Notes: generated from the letters alone by a model not told the origin. 63,949 nucleotides of DNA, filler included, from Mitosporidium daphniae (GCF_000760515.2; 8 parts of 8 records of this genome joined end to end with filler, not necessarily neighbours in it), one strand, 5' to 3'; numbered from the whole stretch's first letter, positions 32,976 to 43,743 are shown. Numbers and translations: made by a program.

Positions 32976-33045
32976 ATGAGTTCATCAAAGTCACGCATCA
33001 TTGTATCCGTTGCTGTCATTGCGCTGATCGTGCTGATTGGCATTC
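32976..33045 (+). CDS. 5' fragment of a membrane protein (gap-truncated)
   Basis: MSSSKSRIIVSVAVIALIVLIGI, similar to the N-terminus of the 18157 protein. Confidence 0.45.
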
Positions 33046-33145
33046 NNNNNNNNNNNNNNNNNNNNNNNNNNNNNNNNNNNNNNNNNNNNTTAATTAATTA
33101 ANNNNNNNNNNNNNNNNNNNNNNNNNNNNNNNNNNNNNNNNNNNN

Positions 33146-35696
33146 CTAACCGAATCTGAAATGAAGTATGTCGGATGGCTAGATCCATCACAGAAAGTAT
33201 CCTTATCAGACGGGCGACTCTCGGAATTGAGGAATTCATTTCTTCGCTCCTTTTTCTCACGTATTTCGAAATTTTGGGATAAAAAGATACCCACTTCCCC
33301 TACACAGCAATCAGATGCCAAAGAAAGAGACTCTTTTAATAATGGGAAATTGCGGTTGAAAAAATATCCAGGCGGATCCGATGTCGCCTCTAATGCTCGC
33401 TTAGTAATTGGAGTTTGCCACACTCTTTTTGAAGCAGCTTCGCTGGATGGCTCAGGTTTCGAAATATTTGGCTCATCCATGGAAAAGCTTCCATTCGAAG
33501 CTATTGGTTGGGAGCTATACCCCTCTGGATCTGCTGGCGAACATGTTAAGACAAAAGTTGTCACGGATGATGGTATTACGATCGAGATTCTGAAAATTTT
33601 TCCAAAAGACTCTTTAAGAAAGCGGATGGTTGTCATTGGAAAGATTGGATTTCAATATTTTGTCGCTATGAAGGGTGCATCGGATATCTTGCTCCCCCAA
33701 TTCAGATGGTCTTGTGATCAAGATAGAATATCATACTTGCAGCAAAGCATGGCGCTGGGGTCCTCTGGATATCGAATTATGGCCCTTGGTCTTAAATGGC
33801 TTCCATCTCGAACAAACGTGGAGGATTTTGATGATGACGAAGAAGACGATCAATTTACATTCTCCTCCATTACGGACCCTTTCGTTGCTGAAGGTTTGAT
33901 TGGCGTTGATGGTGATCCTCTTTTTTCGTATCTCGGAATGGTGGCGTTTGAAAGTGCCCCCAAAAATGCCTCATTAGCCACTTTGAAGCTGCTTCGTGAA
34001 TCGGGCCATCAGACTGTTATGATCACTGGAGACTCTATGGAAACCGCAGCCGCTGTTGGTCATCGACTGGAGTTTTTCAAAGAAAATAGTATATTTTCGG
34101 TAGACATTGAAGCTCATAATATCGATCATGGCAGCCAAATTCGTCTGTCTGTCAAATGTAATCTGGGAAGTTTTGGTTCCAAGAACGGCCGAGATGATGA
34201 CTATTTGATTGAACTAATGAATACCGCAGAGTTATTGACGCCCCATCAGCTGTACAGGCGCCTTTCGCGAAACAGCAGACTGATACTTTCAAATTCTGCC
34301 TTTTCCGCTTTAATTGAATGGAATGAAGCCTTTTTTGTAAAAAACATCTTACCAAAGGTGTCCGTTTTTGCCAGATCAACTCCAGATAACAAGGTATGCT
34401 TTTCCGATTATCCAACTAACCTACTAGTGTTTAGTATTAAGACTATATAAACAACAAGGCCTCAACACGCTTATGTGCGGCGATGGCACAAATGACATTA
34501 TGGCTCTGCAGCAGGCAGACATTGGAGTTGCATTGCTAGATTCACCTCAGTTTATTAGCGATGGTATTTTTGAAAGACCCAAAAATACAGATGAATCAGC
34601 GTTCCAGGATTTCATGGATATTCCAAGAAAGCCGTTTTGGTTATTGAAAAAAATCAGCCAGACCACAACCGATTTTGCCGTGGTGGCTCCATTTACTTCG
34701 TACGTTTTGGACATATCCTGTGTAACTAAGATTCTTCGGCTTGGCAGAGCGTCGGCATATTACAGATATCGTCTTTTTCTAGTATTTTTCATTGTCTCAT
34801 TCCTTTCTGCTGTTGTTCAAGTACTTTGGGGTCTTTCTTTTTTAAACGAAAATTCGATTTTCCTTCTAATTTCGTTCGGTCTTGGCTCATTTTCTTGGGA
34901 TATGATGCCTGGATTCTTTCGGCTTCTCGCATCTATCTCCTCCCTGGTCAATTTGGTACTGATGTTGATTCGAATTGCATTCAATTTTGCATCGGGTACC
35001 CTTATCGCCATGCTGCGAACCATCAACCCCATGCTCGCCAATTTGGCTTTAAAATTGTCAAATTACATTTTAGACCTGTTCTCTCATGTCCAAAGGAAGT
35101 TTAAAGAGCTTCGTCAATATGGCGACAATAAGAAGAAACGCAATCCTGACTCTAAGAATTTCCCAGAAGGAGAGAACATTGGAGTGTATGGGTTCTACAC
35201 GCCCCTGCTGTTGGAAAGGCCTCCTGTTTCAATAATGAACCTTCGTTCCATCCTCATCGGCACTACCCAAGTCCTTTGGCATCTGTTTGTTCTGCAATAT
35301 TATATTAGGGCCGAACTTTCTTCAATGTTCGATTCCTCTGATGGAATTTTTCTACTCAAAGTGCCCCTTTCGTATCTTTCCTTCTTTATTGTTCTTTCTG
35401 TAATTTTCACCAACTACTCCGGGCGCCCGTACGTGCTTCCCATCTATTATAATACCCCCTTGATTTCCATCATTATTTTCCAGATTCTTTATATGATGTA
35501 CATTATCTATTTCCAATCTGGCCTATCCAATTCTAAGATCAAAAGATTACTGTTCATTGCTTTGGTCGATATAGTGGGGCCATTGGTTATGCTTGTAATA
35601 TTTACGTTCATTTCCATATTTATTGCCTATTTGAACTGGATCATTCTTGCTTGTTTGATAATTTTTTCCGTTATCACTGTTAATAAACAAAGATAA
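33146..35696 (+). CDS. Divergent P5-type ATPase (SPF1-like), 5' end lost in gap
   Basis: KGASD, GYRIMALG, MITGD, VFARSTPDNK, MCGDGTND, APFTS; intron 34394-34427 with a CTAAC branch site. Confidence 0.85.
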
Positions 35697-35736
35697 TACT
35701 TTACTGGCAGTAGTACATCAATCATTTAGTAAATGA

Positions 35737-36297
35737 CTAAAGGATAGGGATGCTTTTTGGAGCGATGGGCCCCTTCGAGGTTTTTCGTGGAATTTTAATC
35801 GCAAGAGTGCCATTGGAAACGGAAGCAGAAGCAGTGTCAATATTAAAGCGATCCGTTGGAACTTGAATTTTCCTCGAGTATTCCAAGAAAGAAGAAAAAC
35901 TTGACTCCGCGTGTATTTCGGACAGGTAAAACCTGGTCTCCGACTTTTCAGATGAAGGAGTAGGAGAAAGGATAGGATTGCGTTTACAACGTATATTGAT
36001 CACATCACCGTCTACCGAAATAGAAACATCTTCCTTCTTTATTCCTGGAATTTCGGCATAAATCACAAGTACTGATGGACCTGCCTCTATCAAAGGTTCG
36101 TTTGACGAATTCTCGTTTGATGGCTCTTCCCAGATCGAAACAGCAAGCGTTTTAGCAGAATGTGATGCTTGCATCCCATCATCACGAGAAGATGTACATG
36201 AGGGCTTTTTATGGGAGCGTAATGAAAAATTGCATGGCGAAGATGAAAATGCTCCATCTCCAAAAAGAATGTTATCGAGAATAAAAAGCTTGTCCAT
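35737..36297 (-). CDS. Small heat-shock protein (HSP20/alpha-crystallin)
   Basis: AEIPGIKKEDVSISVDGDVINI, ASVSNGTLAIKIPR. Confidence 0.9.
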   Translation of the reverse strand: MDKLFILDNILFGDGAFSSSPCNFSLRSHKKPSCTSSRDDGMQASHSAKTLAVSIWEEPSNENSSNEPLIEAGPSVLVIYAEIPGIKKEDVSISVDGDVINIRCKRNPILSPTPSSEKSETRFYLSEIHAESSFSSFLEYSRKIQVPTDRFNIDTASASVSNGTLAIKIPRKTSKGPIAPKSIPIL

Positions 36298-36348
36298 GGA
36301 TGCTAAAGCATATCAGTTTGCCCTATAAATAGATTGTTGAAGGTAACA

Positions 36349-36366
36349 TTCATGAAAATTCATGAA
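36349..36366. promoter_or_regulatory. Heat-shock element, 4 units: TTCatGAAaaTTCatGAA
   Basis: Perfect alternating nGAAn array ~52 bp upstream of the HSP20 ATG. Confidence 0.85.
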
Positions 36367-36492
36367 AAATATTTAACATTCTGGTAAATTCTAGCTTTTT
36401 CGGAATTAAATAAATTAATTAATTGATGTAAACGTCTTTTTGATTGGATTATTTTCAATCTTTTAACGATTAAGGATATTATTTTTTCATTG

Positions 36493-38493
36493 ATGATCAA
36501 GATCTCCAGCTCGCTGTTCCTTATTGTCCTTTTGTCCTTGCTTCAAGGATTGGTATTAGCTTCCTCTGTAAAGATTCAACCCGCTCATTTATCAATTCTG
36601 CCATTAATTTTTCAAGCTCTTGTTATCATTCTCAATCCTTTCAGGCATCTTTCAATATTTTTTAAAAGCGGAATTCCTTCTTCTTCTGATGTGTTTGTTA
36701 GCTCTCGTATCTTGATATTATTTTCCATATATTCATTTACCTATTTGCTGAGATTACTGGCGGTAAATAATGTCTTTTCGAATACAAAAATTTTTTCAAC
36801 TTTAGGAGTCCTTGTTTACGGAATTGTTACAGCCTGCGTTTTGTTGTCTGTTTTTATAGCTCCTTGGAGAATTTTTGTCTTTTTCACCAATTTGACGCCA
36901 AATATCGTATTCACATTGGTGGTATCCCTTTTCATGAGCTATCATTTGATTTCTATACAGACTTTAGGATATCTGATAGATACTTCTGACTTCCTATTCC
37001 CTTTTCTGTATTTTCGATTGCTATTTGGCCAACCCTCTGAATCCCCTTACTGGTGGCGTTGGCACTATCGCCTATTTGGGGTAATTATTCCAGCCTTTTG
37101 CCTTTTAATCGACTATAATCTCAAGTTTTTTCTTATGATAGCTCTTCTGCATATGTTCACGTCTCAATTATTTGTCGCCTGGCCAATTCTTGAAGATTTC
37201 GAAAAAAACCTATTGCTGGCTCAGGCTTTTTTGGGGCTAGGACGAGATATAGCGATTTCAGATACTTCCGATATCACTGGCGGCTTTCTTTCTGTCCTTG
37301 CAATTGACCAAGAAGCTGGCTCGTACGTGATACCGGCCTTTTTTGAGGCAATTTTTTTGCATCTCATAATCCAGATCCTTCCTGTGCCACGACATCCTAA
37401 GGGTTCCCCGATTAACAAACCAATTTTTCTCGCACTATTCTTGTATTTACTCTATACTTGCTGGCTTGGCTCGATCAGGTCGGAAGATTTTTGGAACTTT
37501 AAACCTCCAATATTTATGGACTCTTCCAAGTATGACGACCTTATTTCTCAAAGGGAACGGGCAGAATATGGTCTGCTGGTCTTGTCGGCGAAAAAAGCCA
37601 GCACATTTTTTACGTGCTGCACGTCTTTTTCTATTTCATCTATCTTTTTTGATTTCATATCGATGTTATTCACTCGATCGACACCATTCACATTTATCAT
37701 TTCTTTGATGCATGGAGTTTTTGGATACTTTTCTTGGGAGTTTTACACTTTTTTCATCCTAAATGTCCTAAGCTTTGAAATCATGCGAACTAGGTGCCTA
37801 ATTACTGTTGTCTTTTGGGCATGCACTTTATACTTTACCACACCTCCATTTGTAAAAAAGGACAGCGTAGCAAAGCTTTCTCCGGTCTTTTTTTCAAAGG
37901 TCATCCTGTCCTTTATCCAATTAATCTTGCATATTTTTATCTTTCCTGTTGGATCTTTTATCTGGTTTACCAAGGCCCTTTCACTGATAAAGAGAGCAGA
38001 TCAATTTAGCCTAATGGGTAGCTTTATTTTAAGCGTCTTTGTATTCTCGTGCGCAGAGGCCGAGAACTTTATGTTTTCATACGCAAGAACGCAATTTACT
38101 CTTCCATTTTTATTGACCGAGTTTGGAATAGGCTCTGATGGGACATTTTCTGCCTCAATCACAACTATGGATCCGTCGACAACTGTTGATTTCCCCAAAA
38201 AGGTATCATTTTACCCACTGGATAGGTCCCCAGTGTCTACTCTTATCGAAAGAATTGTAAATAAACAAAAGCGTGCGGCGAATCCAACTGTGAAAAAAGG
38301 CGATTCCCCCGCTTTACCAGGCGCATCACTGCTAGCATCATCCTCATCCTCGGAAAGTGGTATCAATCCAAAGGAACATGTTGCAAAGTCTTCATTGGTA
38401 GATGCTTCATCATCTACCTCATTCCGGAAAGCAGCAAAAATTTTCTCTTCATCTGTAATATCCCTCCTGTTGGCTACGATCATAGTCATCTAA
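36493..38493 (+). CDS. Hypothetical polytopic membrane protein with signal peptide and hydrophobic C-tail
   Basis: 2-kb ORF with many TM segments, then a Ser-rich spacer and a terminal hydrophobic stretch. Confidence 0.7.
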   Translation: MIKISSSLFLIVLLSLLQGLVLASSVKIQPAHLSILPLIFQALVIILNPFRHLSIFFKSGIPSSSDVFVSSRILILFSIYSFTYLLRLLAVNNVFSNTKIFSTLGVLVYGIVTACVLLSVFIAPWRIFVFFTNLTPNIVFTLVVSLFMSYHLISIQTLGYLIDTSDFLFPFLYFRLLFGQPSESPYWWRWHYRLFGVIIPAFCLLIDYNLKFFLMIALLHMFTSQLFVAWPILEDFEKNLLLAQAFLGLGRDIAISDTSDITGGFLSVLAIDQEAGSYVIPAFFEAIFLHLIIQILPVPRHPKGSPINKPIFLALFLYLLYTCWLGSIRSEDFWNFKPPIFMDSSKYDDLISQRERAEYGLLVLSAKKASTFFTCCTSFSISSIFFDFISMLFTRSTPFTFIISLMHGVFGYFSWEFYTFFILNVLSFEIMRTRCLITVVFWACTLYFTTPPFVKKDSVAKLSPVFFSKVILSFIQLILHIFIFPVGSFIWFTKALSLIKRADQFSLMGSFILSVFVFSCAEAENFMFSYARTQFTLPFLLTEFGIGSDGTFSASITTMDPSTTVDFPKKVSFYPLDRSPVSTLIERIVNKQKRAANPTVKKGDSPALPGASLLASSSSSESGINPKEHVAKSSLVDASSSTSFRKAAKIFSSSVISLLLATIIVI

Positions 38494-38717
38494 CGTATAT
38501 AAATTAATAAAATCTTCCAGAGATCTGTGGTTAGACGCAATTAATTGAAATTCGCTTGGACACAAACACAATGATGCGATAAAATATGGGCCTCTGGTTT
38601 AGTATAGGCTTCGATCAGCCCCAAGCCTGGCCGAGAAGATCATAGTTGACAGCAGCGATTATAATGAAATTCTCTCACATTTATTTGAATATTAAAGCTT
38701 GAATATGGCTCCTACAA

Positions 38718-39284
38718 TCATTGATCTGGATCTTCATATATTTCTTGCCGTATATTGCATGGATCACATAAAAGGATCATTTCCGTGTCGTCCAAGGCTT
38801 TTTGAATAAGATCTGGCAGTTCTTGCCTCTCACGTTTGACTAGGCACACTTCCTTTAGCAAATTCCCATATGAAAAGTTATTACAATACCACTGGAGCTT
38901 ATCTATCAAACATTAAACATTCATTTAATACGCTCTGCATTTGGAAGCTCAACAACAAGACCAAATGTGGAATGTGCCCTAATCGGTCTGTGTGGTATCA
39001 TTTCTATTCGGATCAATTATATGCAAATTTTGGTACTGTCCAGAAGAAAAGTGCTACCTTGTGGGACTATAATATCCGCCTTTTCGGAGGTGTCAGGGTC
39101 AATTATCTTTAAAAGAAGACTTCCCTTTAACTGAATAAACAATTCCTAGTTGTGATAAATTGATATGACGTACCTCCTTTGTATTTACATGGTAGTCTGG
39201 TCGTGAGTTTGGGCCTTCAACTGCAAAAAGCAACAGATCCTCCCCATTCTGAAGGACTGTTGCAGCTACAGAATGAGAGTCCAT
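38718..39284 (-). CDS. BNA1: 3-hydroxyanthranilate 3,4-dioxygenase
   Basis: Three short introns give VEGPNSRPDYHVNTKEELFIQLKGSLLLKI...MIPHRPIR..TFGLVVE...KLQWYC; the Fe ligands H/E/H are retained. Confidence 0.85.
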
Positions 39285-39359
39285 CGAAAATTAAGGTTTG
39301 ATTATTTCATGCAATTATTCTTCAATGAGAGCTGGATTTTTTATAAAATTAATTTCCAT

Positions 39360-41110
39360 TTATTTGCTACTCAAAATGAAAGATTGGACCTCTTTCTTGG
39401 CTACTGCAGCAGCCATACAATCTCTGTGGATTTTAATAAAAATTGGGATATTTCCAGATGCCGATTCCCCTCCCATCTTTACGATGGAAAGATATTTCGG
39501 TACAATCGTAACAAGATATTTTACAAGCGAACATGCCTCATCTTTCAATTAGCATGAAACTTTTACCTGGTGTGACATTTATATTACAATTTGACGATAA
39601 CCTTTTGGATAATTCTCCCAATAGGAGTACATTTTTACTGAACGTCATAAATATCCTACAAAAAGAAAACATCAACATACGAATCAATTCCTTCTATAAG
39701 AGATAGCAGCTTCTGAAGAAGTGGACNTCCAGACAGTCCAGCTACTAAAATTGTATTAGCTGCAGGCAAATTAGATGCAAGTTGGGCATTCCGTTCCTTT
39801 TCCTTTGCTCTTATCTATAATTGATAAAGTGGTCAATAAAAATTCATACCCTTCCTAAAAGAGACAACGTTTCCTTAGCTTCGGCCGGAAACAAAGACGT
39901 ATGAGAATCCGTCTTTTCAGGTAGTACGCTCGGTGTTGTTTTAGAAAATACTGAAGATGAATTATCAAGAATTGAGCCCAATATTTCAGGATATCCTTGG
40001 ATTCCTGGTAGGCTCTTCCTTGGCAAGGATTCTATACTCGGAAATAAAGAGCCTGGATGAAAAGGTGTAGGCCAAAATTTTGATCCTATAATACAAGAAA
40101 GTTCAATAATCTCTTCTGAAGGTGATGACAGCGAATAATTTTTATAAAGCTCATTTAGTAGTCGAGTCCTTAGTATGGAGCGTCTATCTACAAAAGCAGA
40201 TGGGGAGATCGCTGTCGGTCCTAGATTTGGTGACAATATAGCGCCAGCTCCTTTGATGATCCAGGAAAGAACCCGCCGTCCTTCATGGACAACAACCCAG
40301 GGTTCAGCCGCAAGCAAATCAGGCAGGAAATACAAAATACTTTGAAGAAAAAAATGGTCTATCGAGAGGCCCGTCATTAATTCAATTGGACGGCATACAC
40401 GACAGAAAATGGTAGAAATACCTCTAGATTCGTTAAGGGAGCCGCATTCTTCAAGACTAAAATAGAATTTTTCCAAATCCAGCATTGACTTTGGCAATAA
40501 CGTAGAGGTCGGAACATCGGTAAAAAGGGTTTGAAGACGGGGTTTACACATTTCCCTTGAAGGTGCTAAATACAATTCAGGTGTACAGCGTTTCTGATCT
40601 TTTGTTAATTCCAATTGAGAAGAAAATCTCGTAATCGCTAGGGATTCTTTATGCTTTTCAGATTCAATCAAAAGAGGCTTTGCGATTTTCTCTTCATTTA
40701 TAATGGCTAACTTTGAGGAATTTTCATAATCAAGACTGGATTCAACTAAGCTTACCGCTTTAGTAGGAAAAATCGAATCTTCAAAGGCGATCCTTTTGTT
40801 TTGATCAAGAAAATGCATATTGCTTTCTGTGCTTTTGCTTTCTGTGCTTTTTTTTTCTATGATTTTGTTTTCTGTGCTTTTGCTATCTATTTTCTTGTTG
40901 TCTGTGCTTTTGCTATCTATTTTCTTGTTGTCTGTGCTTTTGCTATCTATTTTCTTGTTTTCTATGATTTTGTTGTCTATGCTTTGCTCAGTCAAGAGAG
41001 ATATCGAGGAAAAGTCGTGGGGCTTATTAAAAGCTAGCAACGAGTCTTGGGATCTACACTTACTCTTTGAAAATCCAAACGATTCTAGGGTTTTGGAAGA
41101 AATTCTGGCT
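39360..41110 (-). CDS. CDT1: Replication licensing factor Cdt1, 5' end lost in gap
   Basis: LPKSMLDLEKFYFSLE...F...IE...LQSILYFLP, DRRSILRTRL, SLLGR|IRAKE; C-terminal winged-helix-like EACSLVKYLVTIVPKYL...FIKIHR after three short introns. Confidence 0.7.
40871..40960. repeat. 30-bp tandem repeat x3 in CDT1 (IDSKSTDNKK)
   Basis: tctgtgcttttgctatctattttcttgttg repeated, with degenerate flanking copies. Confidence 0.9.
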
Positions 41111-41210
41111 NNNNNNNNNNNNNNNNNNNNNNNNNNNNNNNNNNNNNNNNNNNNTTAATTAATTAANNNNNNNNNNNNNNNNNNNNNNNNNNNNNNNNNN
41201 NNNNNNNNNN

Positions 41211-41530
41211 ACCGTGATAAATGAACTAGGGCAAGCGCGCACACTAGAGGTGATAAATGAACTAGAGCATGCGCGCACGCTAGAGGTGATTGGAATAACC
41301 GGTGCAATGGAAGATTTTTGGCAAAAAGCATTCAAGTCCACAAGTGTAGTTGGTTGAATTTTTGGAACATTGATGGTTGAAAAGGCTAACGGTTGCTTCA
41401 TGGTAACCTCGTACGAGGCAACCTTAATTACAGGCTTCGAAATTATATGGCATGATAAAGGTCCTATTGGATTTGCCGATGAACAAAGCAAGTGGCAAGA
41501 AACCAGCAAAACAAGAATGCAGAGATGCAT
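41211..41530 (-). CDS. Secreted Cys/Ser-containing repeat protein, 3' end lost in gap
   Basis: Signal peptide MHLCILVLLVSCHLLCSSA; 36-bp repeats (ITSSVRAC[S/P]SSF) run into the gap. Confidence 0.6.
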
Positions 41531-41616
41531 GGGTTGGGCAGGTTGTAAGCCATCCTTAAATAATAAAAATGAAACTAAAATTTAAAATTAAACCAATTGA
41601 ATTTGTATTTTTTAAA

Positions 41617-42135
41617 ATGTTCAACCCTTCAAATAATCGGAAAAAGACAAAGTCCACCAGCTCAACGGCCAAGCAAATAAGGGATGTTCAACGGTCGCTA
41701 AAATTGGAGTCTCTATCCGCTTCTGTTAGAGTTGAGCTTGAGCGCAAGCTCAAGACCCTTCAGCAACTGTCGATGGAGTCCAAGGCTAGAAGCGGACATA
41801 CAGATGTGCAGAAGATCCATATGGAAAAATATAGAATGGTAAGATTTTTCGAGAAAAAAAAGGCACTGAAAAGGCTAAAATCTCTCATAAAATCCAATGC
41901 GCCCAGCGAGGAAGTTGATAAGGCCAAGTTGGATTTGAATTACACAGTCCATTTCCCTAAGGATACAAAGTACATTTCTCTTTATCCAAATAACAATTCT
42001 GAATCTCCCATTGTGCTCGAAAAAAAGGCAAAAATAATGGGATCAATTAAAAGCGATATTGCTTCGGGACTCCTCTGTGACATCGCTTCCGAGCTACTAC
42101 TTTCTGGCATGATTTCAGGTCACACGGACAAATAA
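41617..42135 (+). CDS. EFG1: rRNA-processing protein Efg1
   Basis: KQIRDVQRSL, KYRMVRFFEKKKA, DLNYTVHFPKDTKYISLY. Confidence 0.9.
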   Translation: MFNPSNNRKKTKSTSSTAKQIRDVQRSLKLESLSASVRVELERKLKTLQQLSMESKARSGHTDVQKIHMEKYRMVRFFEKKKALKRLKSLIKSNAPSEEVDKAKLDLNYTVHFPKDTKYISLYPNNNSESPIVLEKKAKIMGSIKSDIASGLLCDIASELLLSGMISGHTDK

Positions 42136-42138
42136 TAA

Positions 42139-42752
42139 CTATGTTGCTTTATTTTTAACTGCCTGTTCCTTGATTCTTTGGATGTATAGATCAGGACTAG
42201 ATCTATTTATAAATAAAATTGATATCAACATACCTAAAAAGCGAATACGCCAGTTCTTGAGCCGGACTTTTTGGGTTTGGTTCAGTAAGCAAGTCCTGGA
42301 TGCCAAGAAGAATCTATAAATTCAGATGAGAATGCAACTTGTCTTATGGTGACCGAGGGTTTCCAGTCGTTCGTAAGTAATGAAAGGCATACAGTGCCAC
42401 TAGGGAACACATTTGGGTGAAATAAAGGTGGTGTGAAAACACCTAGGAATTAAGGACAATTGAAAACATTTCGGGGGAGCTGTTGGATAATCGTTCCCAA
42501 ATGTCATAGTGAGCTTATAGACACCTCCAGCCCAGGGAGTCTATCATAAAAAGGTGCATTAAGTACATTTTCTTTTCCGGGGATCCCACATTTCCATTGA
42601 AGGAGATTCATAGAGCCATCATCGTTAGTATCAGGCTTGGCGTAAAATCCCTAAAATAAAGAATGTTTTATTACAAAAGGATGGTCTTTTCTCCATTGCC
42701 GACGCTCCTCAGTCAAGCGAGTGAGTGCAAGAGAAAATGTACTTGATTCCAG
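42139..42752 (-). CDS. UBC9: SUMO-conjugating enzyme Ubc9 (5 introns; apparent CTG start)
   Basis: [21 protein letters not shown]...[14 protein letters not shown]...[35 protein letters not shown]; introns of 24-31 nt. Confidence 0.95.
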
Positions 42753-42791
42753 ATTTTAAAAATTAAAATTCAACCCAGTTTATTGGCAGAT

Positions 42792-42989
42792 CTAGTTGTC
42801 AAAGGGATGAACATAGGTGACACCAAGTTGCTTGAAGCACTCTTCTCTACTTTTGCGATGAGGAATAACATATGTTCGATAGTATATTTCAGCGAATACA
42901 ATTCCAGTGCCCAATGCCAACGCAGTAGATCGATAGAAGCTACGCTTGAGCATATCTTTGACAATAGGAACATGAAATTTGGGGTTCAT
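42792..42989 (-). CDS. COX9: Cytochrome c oxidase subunit Cox9/COX6C-like
   Basis: 65 aa: PIVKDMLKR, one TM (ALALGTGIVFAEIYY), then REECFKQL; fits the Cox9 pattern. Confidence 0.6.
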   Translation of the reverse strand: MNPKFHVPIVKDMLKRSFYRSTALALGTGIVFAEIYYRTYVIPHRKSREECFKQLGVTYVHPFDN

Positions 42990-43168
42990 TGTAAAACAAA
43001 GTAGTAAATTTTTTAATTTAAACCAACTATGACATTACCCAGGTCGCAAATAAAGCAATTTGAAGGCCTCATTTAAGGCCATCACCACGATTATGGGAAA
43101 GACCAGCATCCCACGCGGCATGCATGCGGACACCAACGTGCACCAAAAAGCAAGCAAGGAGGCGATCA

Positions 43169-43248
43169 AGGGTTAGGGTGTGGTTGGCGGGACGATTGAG
43201 ATTTGGCGCCAAAAGCGTAAATTTAGCGGCAACCAGCAGTATATAAAT
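43169..43248 (+). promoter_or_regulatory. H2A promoter: AACCCT-box-like element, two E2F-like sites, TATA
   Basis: AGGGTTAGGGTGTGGT (43169-43184), TTGGCGGGA (43184-43192), palindrome TTTGGCGCCAAA (43202-43213), TATATAAAT (43240-43248). Confidence 0.55.
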
Positions 43249-43350
43249 GGCAGCCCCAAATGGGCAATTTTAAGTTGAACTTTCATTTCAACAGGCACAC
43301 TTACGCGCTAACACCCCACCCCTCTCTCCCCCCCCACACATCTCTTCATA

Positions 43351-43743
43351 ATGGCTGCCGGTAAAGGAGGAAAAAAATCCATCAAATCAAGCTCGCGCTC
43401 CGAAAAGGCTGGACTGCAGTTTCCAGTCGGTCGTATCCACCGTTTTCTGCGACGCGGAAACTATGCCCAGCGCATTGGATCTGGCGCGCCCGTGTATCTG
43501 GCCGCAGTGCTGGAATATCTGACGGCCGAAATTCTCGAGTTGGCAGGAAACGCTGCCAACGACTACAAGAAAAAGACGATTTCGCCCCGCCATCTGCAGC
43601 TTGCCATCCGCAATGATGAGGAGCTCAACAAGCTGCTCAAGAATGTCACCATTGCTTCTGGAGGAGTCTTGCCACACATCCACTCTGTTCTTCTTCCCAA
43701 GAAGACAAAGAAGGAGGACGGATCTCAGAGCCACGAATACTAA
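43351..43743 (+). CDS. HTA1: Histone H2A (intronless)
   Basis: [55 protein letters not shown]. Confidence 0.98.
   Translation: MAAGKGGKKSIKSSSRSEKAGLQFPVGRIHRFLRRGNYAQRIGSGAPVYLAAVLEYLTAEILELAGNAANDYKKKTISPRHLQLAIRNDEELNKLLKNVTIASGGVLPHIHSVLLPKKTKKEDGSQSHEY

Noticed and set aside
38588..38635. tRNA-like GGGCCTCTGGTTTAGT...GGCTTCGATCAGCC
   Set aside because: No anticodon arm or acceptor-stem pairing; too short for a cloverleaf.
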